From Elusimicrobiota bacterium (GTDB taxonomy: Bacteria > Elusimicrobiota > Elusimicrobia > UBA1565): 51,070 nucleotides of DNA. Every line of letters starts with the position of its first letter. Position 1 is the first letter of the stretch. Under the pieces are notes generated by a model. That model had not been told where the DNA came from. It made no database searches and worked only from the letters and a program-made list of their open reading frames with translations. The translations under genes and the position numbers were made by a program. The stretch spans positions 1 to 51,070 of the forward strand of contig JBDREN010000103.1 of the NCBI GenBank assembly GCA_043819795.1, given 5' to 3'. This document shows positions 1-9,192 of this stretch, piece by piece.

Positions 1-1
1 C

Positions 2-1522
2 GCCCCGGCCAACGCTCCGGCGCCCGAGGCCCCGCGGGCGACCGCCCTGGCGGCCGCGGCGCAGGCCGCCGCGGAGCTGCCCAGGACGATGACGACCAAC
101 GCCTCGCCCGAGCTGGAGCGCATCGCGATGAGCAAGGACGCCCACATGCGGGCCGCGCCGGCACCCCCGCCGTTGAGCAGGGCGCGTATCGCTCCTAAGA
201 AGGAGCCGGGATCGAAGCCCCGCCGCGACATCCTGGCGACGCTTCCCGCCGATCCCATCACGCTCGATTTCGACAGCATGGACATCCGGGACATCCTCAA
301 GCTCATGGCCACGAAGGCCAAGATCAACGTCGTCTATGGGCAGGACGTGTCGGGGGCGATGTCTTTGCACCTGCGCGACGTCCCGTTCAGCGAAGCCTTC
401 ATGACGATCCTCTCCATGCAGGGGCTGGTGGCCAGCCAGGTCGGCGAGAACATCCTGCGCGTGATGACTCCCGGGACGATGGCGACCGAGCGGAGCGTCG
501 CCGTCACCCATACGCGGGTGATCAAGATCAAGTACAACAAGGCCCAGGATATCTTCAAGGCGCTGTCGGCCGTCCTCCAGGCGCAGAAGCGGACCGGCGT
601 CCTCGTGGTGGACGAGCCCACGAACTCGGTCATCGTGACCGACACCCTCGAGGGGATCGCCGCGGCCGAGCGGCTCCTGGCCGAGATCGACGTTCGGCCG
701 CAGCAGGTGCTCATAGAGACCAAGCTCGTGGAGGTGAAGCTCACCAAGGATCTCCATTTCGGCATTCAGTGGGACTATTTCTCGGTCGACCAATCGAGGC
801 ACGGCGGGCAGATCGGGATGGACACCGTCGGAGCGGCCCCCTTCCCGCCGTCGACGGTCAGCAAGCCCTTCGATACCGGGTTCAAGTATCCCGCCTTGGA
901 GGAGGGCTTGGTGGGCGGGACGGGCCGGGGCACCGGGGTCTTCCTGCCGGCCTCGAAGGTGTTCGGCGCGCTCACTCTGGGCCGGGTCACCAATAACTAT
1001 TTCCTTTCGGCGACGCTGACCGCGGCGGCTTCCGAAGGCAAGGTGAAGGTGCTCTCCGATCCGAAGATCACGACGCTCAACGGCAAGAAAGCGTCGATCG
1101 ACATCACGACCCAGATCCCCTACGTGACCTCGAACGTCTCATCTACGGGCGTGGCCACCGAAACGGTCACCTACATCAACACCGGCATCCAGATGGAGGT
1201 GACCCCGACCATCAACGCCGACGGGCGCATCACCCTCGAGGTCCAGCCGACCGTGAGCCAGCCCTCGACCGTCGCGGCGTCCGCGGGAACGACCGGAGCG
1301 CCCGCGGTCGACAAGCGCACGGCCAATACCACGGTCATGGTCCAGGACGGGGAGACGATCGTGATCGGCGGTCTCATCACGGATACCGTCACGGACCAGA
1401 TCGCCAAGATCCCGCTTCTGGGCGATATCCCGCTCATCGGCTGGCTCTTCAAGAAGAAGATCAAGGACCGGACCCGGGTGGAGCTGCTGATCTTCGTCAC
1501 GACGAAACTGATCGCCACCTGA
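2..1522 (+). CDS. pilQ: Type IV pilus / T2SS-family outer-membrane secretin (PilQ-like), 5'-truncated by the window edge
   Basis: The frame is open from base 2 through an Ala/Pro-rich linker. STN-like 'ITLDFDSMDIRDILKLMA...INVV', N-domain 'VDEPTNSVIVTD...IDVRPQQVLIETKLVEV', and secretin C-domain 'KVLSDPKITTLNG...VQDGETIVIGGL...KIPLLGDIPLIGWLFK...ELLIFVT'. Confidence 0.85.
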   Translation, partial: APANAPAPEAPRATALAAAAQAAAELPRTMTTNASPELERIAMSKDAHMRAAPAPPPLSRARIAPKKEPGSKPRRDILATLPADPITLDFDSMDIRDILKLMATKAKINVVYGQDVSGAMSLHLRDVPFSEAFMTILSMQGLVASQVGENILRVMTPGTMATERSVAVTHTRVIKIKYNKAQDIFKALSAVLQAQKRTGVLVVDEPTNSVIVTDTLEGIAAAERLLAEIDVRPQQVLIETKLVEVKLTKDLHFGIQWDYFSVDQSRHGGQIGMDTVGAAPFPPSTVSKPFDTGFKYPALEEGLVGGTGRGTGVFLPASKVFGALTLGRVTNNYFLSATLTAAASEGKVKVLSDPKITTLNGKKASIDITTQIPYVTSNVSSTGVATETVTYINTGIQMEVTPTINADGRITLEVQPTVSQPSTVAASAGTTGAPAVDKRTANTTVMVQDGETIVIGGLITDTVTDQIAKIPLLGDIPLIGWLFKKKIKDRTRVELLIFVTTKLIAT

Positions 1523-1525
1523 TCC

Positions 1526-3019
1526 GTGGTCCTTCCCGCGCTCGTGGCCCTGACGGTCGGCCTGGGGCCGATACTGCGCGGCTCGTGGGACCTTTGGGCG
1601 CAGTCCCTGTTCCATCTCGCGACGGCGGCCGGCCTGACCCTCTGGCTGGCGTCGCGCGTGCTGGCGGGATATGTGCCGTTGCCGTCCTCCCGGAACCTGC
1701 TGTGGGCCTCGGCGCTCCTGCTGCTGGGCGCGGCGGCGGTGTGGACGAGCCCCGTCCACGCGCTGGCCGTCCCCGAGTGGTATAACTTCCTCAACGCCCT
1801 CTGGATGTTCCCGGCGATCGCGGCGCTCTCCAAGGACGAGAGGTTTTACGTCGACGAGGCTGTGCGCGCCGCCGCGTGGGTGCTGATGGTTCTGGCGTTC
1901 TACCAGAGGCTCGTGCTGGGCGACGCCCGCCCGGAGAGCGCGCTCGTCAATGTGAACGTCTACGCCGGCGCGGTGCTCATGCTGCTTCCGCTGGCGTTGG
2001 AGAAGCGTGACTGGCTGCTGGCGGCGGGCTTGGGCGTCAGCCTCTGGTGGGCCTCAAGCGTCGGGGCCTGGCTGGGGTTGTTCGCGGCTTTCGTCCTGAC
2101 GGGGCGCTGGCGCAGGGAGGCCCGGTTCTGGATCGGCCTTTCGGGGGCCCTGGTCTGTCTCGTGGTCATCTACAGCAAGTTCCAGTCCCCGGACGTGCTC
2201 AACCGCTGGGAGTGGTGGAAGGCCGCCGCGGCCATGGCTTTCGACCGCCCGCTGACCGGATACGGCCCGGGGTCGTACGCGCACGTGCTGCCGGCCTACC
2301 GGGAGGCGGGCGGGCTGGGGACGCTCTACGCGCACCAGTACTTCCTGCAGACCGCGGCCGAGTACGGGATCCCGTTCGCGATCCTGTGGTTCGGAGGGCT
2401 TTGGCACTGCCTTTGGAAGGGAGGCTCCTACAAGCGTTTCGGGGCCCTGGCCGCGCTCATCCATTCGCTCTGGGACTGGCCCCTTTCCATGCCGTCGAAC
2501 CTGTGGCTCTTCTCCTACTTCGCGGCTTCCTCCATCTCGGAGGGCTCGCGCGGCGTGAACATCCCGTCGCGCCTCAAGGTCCCGGTCTGCGCGCTGGCGC
2601 TCGCGGCCGGGGCGATGGTGACGAGCCGGGCCTGGAGCCTCTGGGCCGCGGACCGGGCAAAGGCGGTCGCGGCGGTGGCGATGGCCGCCGATCGGAGCCA
2701 GGAGGCGCGGGCGGCCGCCGAGGAGGCGCTTCGCCGAAGGCCGGAGGATCCGGAGCCCCACTTGATCCTCGCGCGGCTGTGGCTGGCCGAGGCTTCATCC
2801 TCCAAGGAACACCGGTCCGATCTGGAGCGGGCGGCCGCACGACTGGAGCGCGCGGCCCACCTCGACCCGTTTCGCGCCGCGACCTGGACCGAACTCGCGA
2901 CGACTTACCGGAGGCTCGGCAGGCCCGAGAAGGCGGAGCAGACCCTCGCTCGCGGGGCGCGGCGGTGCGTTCGCTTGAGGAAAGCTCTGGAGCGCGCCCG
3001 AGCAGGGCCGCGGCCGTGA
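1526..3019 (+). CDS. O-antigen ligase / O-oligosaccharyltransferase family (Wzy_C) membrane protein with C-terminal TPR-like repeats
   Basis: About 10 hydrophobic segments; 'NRWEWWKAA...DRPLTGYGPGSY' and 'LYAHQYFLQTAAEYG' match the Wzy_C loop with its conserved His. Helical C-terminus 'AAHLDPFRAATWTELATTYRRLGRPEKAEQ'. Starts 3 bp after the secretin stop. Confidence 0.75.
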   Translation: MVLPALVALTVGLGPILRGSWDLWAQSLFHLATAAGLTLWLASRVLAGYVPLPSSRNLLWASALLLLGAAAVWTSPVHALAVPEWYNFLNALWMFPAIAALSKDERFYVDEAVRAAAWVLMVLAFYQRLVLGDARPESALVNVNVYAGAVLMLLPLALEKRDWLLAAGLGVSLWWASSVGAWLGLFAAFVLTGRWRREARFWIGLSGALVCLVVIYSKFQSPDVLNRWEWWKAAAAMAFDRPLTGYGPGSYAHVLPAYREAGGLGTLYAHQYFLQTAAEYGIPFAILWFGGLWHCLWKGGSYKRFGALAALIHSLWDWPLSMPSNLWLFSYFAASSISEGSRGVNIPSRLKVPVCALALAAGAMVTSRAWSLWAADRAKAVAAVAMAADRSQEARAAAEEALRRRPEDPEPHLILARLWLAEASSSKEHRSDLERAAARLERAAHLDPFRAATWTELATTYRRLGRPEKAEQTLARGARRCVRLRKALERARAGPRP

Positions 3020-3053
3020 TCAGCGCAAGTCCCATCGTCCGGGAGGGCGGTGC

Positions 3054-5084
3054 ATGACGCTCTCTCTCGCGCCGGCCGGTATCGGGAAGCGGGATCTTTG
3101 GGTGCTGGCTTGGCTGGCGGTGCCTGTGCTCGTGTTGTTCGGCGGGACGTTCGCTTCGGGGCGCACGTTCTTCTGGGGAGACCTTTTATATCTCCATCAT
3201 CCGTGGCGCGCGCTCGCGGCCGAGATGATCGGGCGCGGGGCGCTCCCCCTGTGGAACCCCTTCGCTTACCTCGGCATGCCGCTGGCCGGACAGATGCAGT
3301 GCGCGGCGTGGTATCCCGGCACCCTCCCGTTCTACGTGGCCGGTTTCGTCCCGGCCCTGGCCTTCTATCACGTGGTCCACTTCTGGCTCGCGGGCGCGTT
3401 CACGTTCCTCTGGCTCCGGCGTCTGGGCTACTCGCGCTTCGCCGCCGCGGGCGCGGCGGCGGCCTACATGCTGTGCGGCGGGCTCGTCAGCCGCATCCCG
3501 TTCCTCAACCACGTTTCGACGCTCGCGTTTTTTCCGGCGCTGCTGCTCTTCGCGGACCGGCCGCTGTCCTTGGCCCTGGCTCTGACCCTCGCGTTTCTCG
3601 GGGGGTACCCGCCTATGCTCGCGGGAGCGGCCGCGGCCGCCTGGCTCATCTCGGCCGCGCTGGCCGCCGGCCCGGCCTCGGCGGCTCCTGCGGCGGGCTC
3701 CAAGCGGGACGGGACGGGCGCACGTCGCGGATGGGCTATCGGCGGGGCGGGGCGGCTCACGGCGGGCTGGATCGCGGCCGGGACGCTGAGCCTCGGCCTG
3801 GGAGCCTGCCTCTTGCTCCCGGCGGCGGACCTGACGCGCGATTCCCGGCGCAGCGGCGGCATCGAAGCCGGGGAGTCGCTCACGTGGTCTTTCGAGCCGC
3901 GGGACCTGATCCAGCTCACCGCGCCGCCGCTGATGTCGGGCGAGGAGTATTCGCCGACGACGGTGTGGTGGAAGACGGCCTATTGGGGGGGAGTGGCTCT
4001 CGGGGCCGCTCTCGCGGGGCTCGTGCGTCTGCCGGCCGCGGCCGCGGCCGCGGCCGCCGCCTATCTCGCCGGCGTCGTCCTGGTCCTGCTCGGAGGCACG
4101 AACCCGGCTTCGCTCTGGGTCTGGACGCACTTCGCGCCCCTGCACTACGTCCGCTATCCGGGGAACATGGCCTATCTGACGGCTCCGGTCCTGGTCCTCC
4201 TCGTCGCCGGCGGGCTTCATCGCCGGCGGGTCGCGCCGCTGGCGGCGCTCGCGATCGTGGTCGAGCTGTTCGCTTACGGCATGGGCGCTCAGCCCGCGGT
4301 CCCGCGCGGGTACTTCACCGACGCGGGGCCGCTCGTCGGGACCCTGCGCCGCGAGCTCGGCGGCCACCGGTACCTGATCTCGCCCTTGGCGCTGCAGTGG
4401 CACCGTGGACGCGGGACGGACGCCGCATCGGCGTCGCTGGACATCAAGCACCGGCTCTACGGGCTCACGAACATGCCGTACCATCTCTCGAGCGCGGGCA
4501 ACTTCGGGGAGCCTCTGGTGCCGAGACGGTCGTACGATTTCATGGATTTCCTCTACCGCCGCGGGGGACTGGCGGAGGCCGCCGAGTGGCTCGGCTGGGC
4601 GGACGTGCGCCTGCTGATGACGCGCGACCGCCTGGCGCCGGACGGCCTGGAGTATCTGGGCGACAGCCTCTGGCATCTCTACCGGAAACCGGGGCCCGGC
4701 GCTCGCGCGTTCTGGTTCGACGAGGAGGCGGGGCGCGGCATCCCCGCCGGCCTCCGCGGCCCCGCCCCCGATCTGGGTCGCGGCGTCGCGCTGGAGCTCG
4801 AGGGCGCGCGGGAGGACCGCTTCCGGGTGGCGGGCGATTTCCCGCGTCCGGGCTGGCTCTACGTCGCCGAGCCCCTCGGGCCCGGCTGGCGCGCGCGGGG
4901 CGGCGGGCCGCCCGAGCCGGCCCTGGGAGCCTTCTGGAAGCTGCGCGTCCCGGCGGGCCGGTGGAGCGTGGACTTCCGGTACGCCCCGTCGTCGTGGCGG
5001 CTGGGAAGGTCGCTGACGCTTCTTCTGCTGTGCGCTCTGGCCGCCTATTGGTATAATCGCTTCCGACGAGGATCGCCAACGTGA
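3054..5084 (+). CDS. YfhO-like GT-C membrane glycosyltransferase
   Basis: 'FWGDLLYLHHPW...PLWNPFAYLGMPL' N-terminal motif, many TM segments, C-terminal 'PGWRA...VPAGRWSVDFRYAP' plus a final TM. Confidence 0.75.
   Translation: MTLSLAPAGIGKRDLWVLAWLAVPVLVLFGGTFASGRTFFWGDLLYLHHPWRALAAEMIGRGALPLWNPFAYLGMPLAGQMQCAAWYPGTLPFYVAGFVPALAFYHVVHFWLAGAFTFLWLRRLGYSRFAAAGAAAAYMLCGGLVSRIPFLNHVSTLAFFPALLLFADRPLSLALALTLAFLGGYPPMLAGAAAAAWLISAALAAGPASAAPAAGSKRDGTGARRGWAIGGAGRLTAGWIAAGTLSLGLGACLLLPAADLTRDSRRSGGIEAGESLTWSFEPRDLIQLTAPPLMSGEEYSPTTVWWKTAYWGGVALGAALAGLVRLPAAAAAAAAAYLAGVVLVLLGGTNPASLWVWTHFAPLHYVRYPGNMAYLTAPVLVLLVAGGLHRRRVAPLAALAIVVELFAYGMGAQPAVPRGYFTDAGPLVGTLRRELGGHRYLISPLALQWHRGRGTDAASASLDIKHRLYGLTNMPYHLSSAGNFGEPLVPRRSYDFMDFLYRRGGLAEAAEWLGWADVRLLMTRDRLAPDGLEYLGDSLWHLYRKPGPGARAFWFDEEAGRGIPAGLRGPAPDLGRGVALELEGAREDRFRVAGDFPRPGWLYVAEPLGPGWRARGGGPPEPALGAFWKLRVPAGRWSVDFRYAPSSWRLGRSLTLLLLCALAAYWYNRFRRGSPT
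5049..5057 (+). promoter_or_regulatory. Possible extended -10 element (TGGTATAAT) inside the 3' end of the upstream CDS
   Basis: Perfect TGnTATAAT ending 24 nt before the GTG at 5081. It also encodes W-Y-N, so it may be coincidental. Confidence 0.3.
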
Positions 5085-7036
5085 GCGGCAAAGACGGCGT
5101 TTTTTTGGGCCTGCTCGGGGCGGCGCTGGCGGCCTTGCTGGCTCCGGCGCTGCTGCGTCCGGACCTCGCCTTGGGCAACTTCGGCGACATCTACGCCTAC
5201 CACCATCCGCTGCGGCACCTCGCCGCCGCCGGACTGCAGGCGGGCGCGATGCCGTTCTGGAACCCGTACATCTTCGCCGGCCTGCCGCTGCTGGCGAACT
5301 CGCAGACCGCCGTATTCTATCCGGGCTCCGCCCTCTTCCACCTGTTTCCGATCGGCTACGCCTTCACGCTGCACGCCGCTCTGCATCTGGCGCTCGCCGC
5401 CCTGGGCATGTATCTCCTGATGCGCGCGCTCCGGCTCGAGCCCTCCGCGGCCTGCGCTCTCTCGGCGGCGTTCTGCGCCTGCCCGTTCCTCATATACCGG
5501 ATCCCGCAGGGCATCCCCACCCATCTCGCGGCGCTGAGCTACGTCCCGTGGTGCTGGCTCGCTTTGCGGTCCGGGCGCGCCGGTTTTCTCGGGGCGGTAT
5601 GGGCTCTTCAGTTCTTGAGCGGGCATCCCCAGTTCTCCGTGATCAACGCGGCCGCGATGGCCGCTTACGCGGCCGCCGATCCGCGCGTCCGGGGGAAGGT
5701 GTTCCTGCGCGAGGGCGTGATGGCCGGCGCGCTGTGCCTGGCCCAAGGGTTCTTGACCGCGGAGTTGATCGGGGCGTCCAACCGCGTGGGGCTTCCGGAG
5801 CCGTTCCGCAGCGCGTATTCGATGCCGGCGTCGGCTCTGGCCACCCTGCTTCGGCCCGGTTTCTGGGGCGATCCGGTGCGGGGGAGCTTCGCCGGCTTTC
5901 CGTCCGAGTTCTTTGAGGAGTACGCGCTCTATGTGGGGTTGGTCCCGCTTGCGCTGGCTTTCGTCGCGCTCGCGCCGCGGCGATGGCTCGGTCCGCGCGA
6001 CGGCGTCGCCGACGCCGGGGGAGATGGCCCCGTTACCGCCCTCCGCGGCTTCGCCGGCTGGGGCTGGTTCCTGGCCGGGCTCGGCGTGCTGCTCGCCCTC
6101 GGAAGGCATAGCCCGGCGTCCAGGCTGGCGGAAGGCGTTCCCCTGCTGGGGCTCTCCCGGGTGCCGGCGCGCTTCGGCCTGCTCGTGGTCTGGGGCCTTC
6201 TGATGGCGGCCGCGGCGGGATGGGAGCGGCTGCGGACCGGTCTGAGGCCGGGGCCGCGCTGGAAGGCCGCGGCGCTCGCCGCTGTCCTGCTGGACTTGGG
6301 GCTCTGGGCGTCCCGGTTCGTCTACGCCGAGGACCCGGAGCCGTATCTCGCGCCGAAGGCCGCGATGGTCGGCGCCCTGGCCGGCAGGCCGGTGCGGTTC
6401 GCGAGCGGACCGGAGCTGGCCAACCCGAACAAGGCGATGCTCTATCGCGCGATGAACGTCAACGGCTACGAGGCTTTCTACCTCTCGCGCTATACGTCAT
6501 ACGCCGCTCGTGCGGAAGGTAAAGCCGCGGCCGATCCGAGCCGGACCTACATCACCAACGTCGCTTCCGCCGAGATGAGGCGGCTCGGGGTGGCCTACAC
6601 TCTCACCCGGAGAGCCGGGACGGGGCCCGGATTCGCGGTGGGCGGAGAGACGAAGCTTTATCCCAGCGGCGGGGCCCTGCCGCTCGCCTATCTGGAGACG
6701 GCCTCCGGGACGCGTCCCCTCGCGTCCAGGAGCCGCGCCGCCGACCGCTGGACCGTGACCGGACGGCTGCCTCCGGCGTCCGACGGCGCAGCTCCCCGGC
6801 TGGTGCTCAGCGTTCCCTGGTACCGGGGCTGGCGGGCGTGGCTTGACGGGGCTCGGGCGCCGGTCAGCCTGCACGACGGGCTCGTCCAGGCGGTCTCGCT
6901 CGACGGGCGGGCGCCCGGCTCGACATTCCGCGCGGATTTCCGGTTCCGGCCGACCGCGTGGACCGCGCTGTGTCTGGCGACCGTCCTCGCCTGGGGCCTC
7001 TGGCTGGCGCTGGCGCCGCGGAGGCTGCTGGCATGA
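5081..7036 (+). CDS. YfhO-like GT-C membrane glycosyltransferase (paralogue of the upstream gene)
   Basis: 'NFGDIYAYHHPL...PFWNPYIFAGLPL', 'RVPARF', 'WYRGWRAWLDG...FRFRP' plus a terminal TM. GTGA overlap with the upstream stop. Confidence 0.75.
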   Translation: MSGKDGVFLGLLGAALAALLAPALLRPDLALGNFGDIYAYHHPLRHLAAAGLQAGAMPFWNPYIFAGLPLLANSQTAVFYPGSALFHLFPIGYAFTLHAALHLALAALGMYLLMRALRLEPSAACALSAAFCACPFLIYRIPQGIPTHLAALSYVPWCWLALRSGRAGFLGAVWALQFLSGHPQFSVINAAAMAAYAAADPRVRGKVFLREGVMAGALCLAQGFLTAELIGASNRVGLPEPFRSAYSMPASALATLLRPGFWGDPVRGSFAGFPSEFFEEYALYVGLVPLALAFVALAPRRWLGPRDGVADAGGDGPVTALRGFAGWGWFLAGLGVLLALGRHSPASRLAEGVPLLGLSRVPARFGLLVVWGLLMAAAAGWERLRTGLRPGPRWKAAALAAVLLDLGLWASRFVYAEDPEPYLAPKAAMVGALAGRPVRFASGPELANPNKAMLYRAMNVNGYEAFYLSRYTSYAARAEGKAAADPSRTYITNVASAEMRRLGVAYTLTRRAGTGPGFAVGGETKLYPSGGALPLAYLETASGTRPLASRSRAADRWTVTGRLPPASDGAAPRLVLSVPWYRGWRAWLDGARAPVSLHDGLVQAVSLDGRAPGSTFRADFRFRPTAWTALCLATVLAWGLWLALAPRRLLA

Positions 7037-8016
7037 AGCGTTTCCGCCGCCGGGCCTCGATCCTGCTGGCCGTCGCGGTCGGCGCGGGCCTGTTCTACTT
7101 CGCATTCCGGGACGTCCGGTTCGGGGACCTGCTCCGCACGCTCGGCGGCTTCCGCAAGGCCTGGCTCCCGGTCCTCATCGCCATTCCGGTGCTCGATGTC
7201 TGGATCCGCGCCGTGCGGTGGCGGCTGCTGCTCAGGCCGGTGGTGGAGGCCCGGACGTGGGAGACGTTCCAGTTCGAGGCGATCGGCCTGGCCATCAACA
7301 ACATCGTCTTCCTGCGCTTGGGCGAGCTGGCCAGGGGCATCGTCGCCGCCCGGGAGCTCAAGATTTCCACGGTGAGCGTGCTCGCCACGATCTTCGTCGA
7401 GCGCATGTGCGATACGGCGGCGCTCACGGCGCTGTTCGTGGTCGGATCCCTGGCCCTGCCCGAGCTCGTGGACGCGCGGGTACGCATGTGGGCGCTGGTC
7501 CTCGCGGCCGTCCTGGTCGCCGTCCTGGCCGTCCTGGCGGCGGCCGGCGACTGGCTGCTGGGCTCGCGCTGGGGGCGCCGGCTGGAGACGCGTCCGCGCC
7601 TGCGCCGGGTCTTCGCGGACCTTGTCGCCGGGACGCGCGCGCTTCGCTCGTGGAAAGCGGCGGCGCCGGTCGCCGGCCTGAGCCTCGGGCTCTGGATCTG
7701 CGACGGGACCGCGTTCTGGGTGGTGGCGCGGGCCATGGATTTCGACCCCGCCCTGAGCTTCCCCCGGTCGATCACGACCCTGGCGGCGGCGGCGGCCGGC
7801 ACGGCTCTGCCCGCCGTCCCGGGCGCCTTCGGCAACTTCGAGGCGGCCATCAAGCTCATCCTCATGCATTTCGGCTACGGGAGGGCCCTCGCCTTGAGCT
7901 ACGCGACTTTCCTGCATCTCGTCATGTTCGCGGTCATGACCACTCTCGGCATAGTGTTCTTCTATCGCCTCGGGCACACGTTCTCGAGCCTGCGCAGGTC
8001 GTTGGAGAGCGAATGA
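7033..8016 (+). CDS. Lysylphosphatidylglycerol-synthase-TM (UPF0104/AglD2-like) putative flippase
   Basis: 'IRAVRWRLLL', 'NNIVFLRLGELARG', 'ATIFVERMCD', 'PAVPGAFGNFEAA'. ATG at 7033 overlaps the upstream TGA. Confidence 0.8.
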   Translation: MKRFRRRASILLAVAVGAGLFYFAFRDVRFGDLLRTLGGFRKAWLPVLIAIPVLDVWIRAVRWRLLLRPVVEARTWETFQFEAIGLAINNIVFLRLGELARGIVAARELKISTVSVLATIFVERMCDTAALTALFVVGSLALPELVDARVRMWALVLAAVLVAVLAVLAAAGDWLLGSRWGRRLETRPRLRRVFADLVAGTRALRSWKAAAPVAGLSLGLWICDGTAFWVVARAMDFDPALSFPRSITTLAAAAAGTALPAVPGAFGNFEAAIKLILMHFGYGRALALSYATFLHLVMFAVMTTLGIVFFYRLGHTFSSLRRSLESE

Positions 8017-9041
8017 GACCCTGTCTTCTGCAGGTCCTGGCCTGTCCTTCCTGCGGCGGCGAGCTGGAGCTTCGGGGCTCGGGCCCGGGCTCCCGGCCGG
8101 ACGAGGAGATCGAGTCGGGAACGCTGCGCTGCCGCGGATGCGCCCGGGAATACCCGATCGTGGACTCGGTCCCGCGGTTCGTGGGCCGCTCTGAAGGGGA
8201 GGGGACGGATCGCCGCGTGCGCAGGACGCGGGCGAGCTTCGGCTTCGAGTGGGACCGATACCCGGGCTCGCGCGCGGAGGACCGCGGGATCTTCCTCGAT
8301 GAGACGCAGACCTCCTCGGAGGACTGGGCCGGGCGGTTCGTCCTGGACGCAGGTTGCGGAATGGGACGATACACGCGGGTGGCGCTCTCGCTGGGAGCGG
8401 ACGTCGTCGCCTTCGACCTCTCCGACAGCCTGCTGCGTCTGGCGGCGGAGGCCCGGCGAAACAAGCATCTTCATGTGGTCCAGGGCGACCTGCTGAGGCC
8501 GCCGCTCAGGCACGAGTCGTTCGACATCGTCTACAGCCAAGGCGTCATCCACCACACGGCCGATACGCGCGGCGCGTTCGACCGCCTCGCCGCGGTCGTC
8601 AAGCGCCAGGGGCTCTTGACGGTCTGGGTGTACGGGACCCCGGGCTCCTACCGGAGCTTCTCCACCAACCCCCTGCGGGCCGGCCGCGAAAGGCTCAAGC
8701 GCGCGCTGCCGCTGGCCTGGTTGGCGGTATGGCTCCGGCAGATCCTCAGCGACTCGCTGCGCCTGCTGACCACGCGCCTGCCGGTGCCGCTGCTCTACGC
8801 GTTGTGCTATCCGCTCACTATCGTGGGGGCCGTGCCGCTGCTCAAGTACTTCACGTTCTCCGTGCACGAGGACTTTCGCGTGCGCCTCATCGAGAACTTC
8901 GACTGGCTCTCGCCTCCCTTCCAGAGCAAGCACACCAAGGAGGAGTCCCGCGCGTGGTACGAGGCGGCCGGCTGCGAGGTGCTGCGGCATCTGCCGCACG
9001 GCGTGGTGCCGAAGGTGGGCATCCTGGGCAGGAAGTCGTGA
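8013..9041 (+). CDS. Class I SAM methyltransferase with an N-terminal Trm112-like Zn-ribbon
   Basis: 'LACPSCGGEL...LRCRGCAREYPIVDSVPRF', 'SFGFEW', 'VLDAGCGMGR', 'FDIVYSQGVIHHT'. ATGA overlap at 8013-8016. Confidence 0.85.
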   Translation: MRPCLLQVLACPSCGGELELRGSGPGSRPDEEIESGTLRCRGCAREYPIVDSVPRFVGRSEGEGTDRRVRRTRASFGFEWDRYPGSRAEDRGIFLDETQTSSEDWAGRFVLDAGCGMGRYTRVALSLGADVVAFDLSDSLLRLAAEARRNKHLHVVQGDLLRPPLRHESFDIVYSQGVIHHTADTRGAFDRLAAVVKRQGLLTVWVYGTPGSYRSFSTNPLRAGRERLKRALPLAWLAVWLRQILSDSLRLLTTRLPVPLLYALCYPLTIVGAVPLLKYFTFSVHEDFRVRLIENFDWLSPPFQSKHTKEESRAWYEAAGCEVLRHLPHGVVPKVGILGRKS

Positions 9042-9161
9042 ACCCGCACCTGCGCGCCAAAACCATTCCTGAGGGCGGCCGGCACCGGAGGCCTCGGAAC
9101 CGGCACCTGCGCGCCAAAACCATTCCTGAGGGCGGCCGGCACCGGAGGCCTCGGAACCCGC
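9040..9161. repeat. 57-bp tandem duplication (2 copies plus 8 bp) with an imperfect hairpin
   Basis: GAACC(C/G)GCACCTGCGCGCCAAAACCATTCCTGAGGGCGGCCGGCACCGGAGGCCTCG at 9040 and 9097, one mismatch (9045 vs 9102). TTCC(T)GAGG...CCTCGGAA inverted repeat in each copy. Confidence 0.95.
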
Positions 9162-9192
9162 GTCCCGGCCGGCGTGTCTCATGGCTGAGGGC

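Noticed and set aside
3050..5056. 668-aa plus-strand ORF and the many other long overlapping or antisense ORFs (e.g. 3186..4676, 13549..14967, 23248..24792, 46280..47905)
   Set aside because: Arg/Gly/Pro-rich shadow frames of real genes, expected at this GC content, with no recognisable motifs.
6843..8012. Apparent long N-terminal extensions or fusions in the ORF track (6843, 17991, 23087, 28231, 32407, 33324, 43445, 44230)
   Set aside because: Each extension overlaps the upstream gene in another frame. A start codon overlapping the upstream stop sits exactly where recognisable protein begins.
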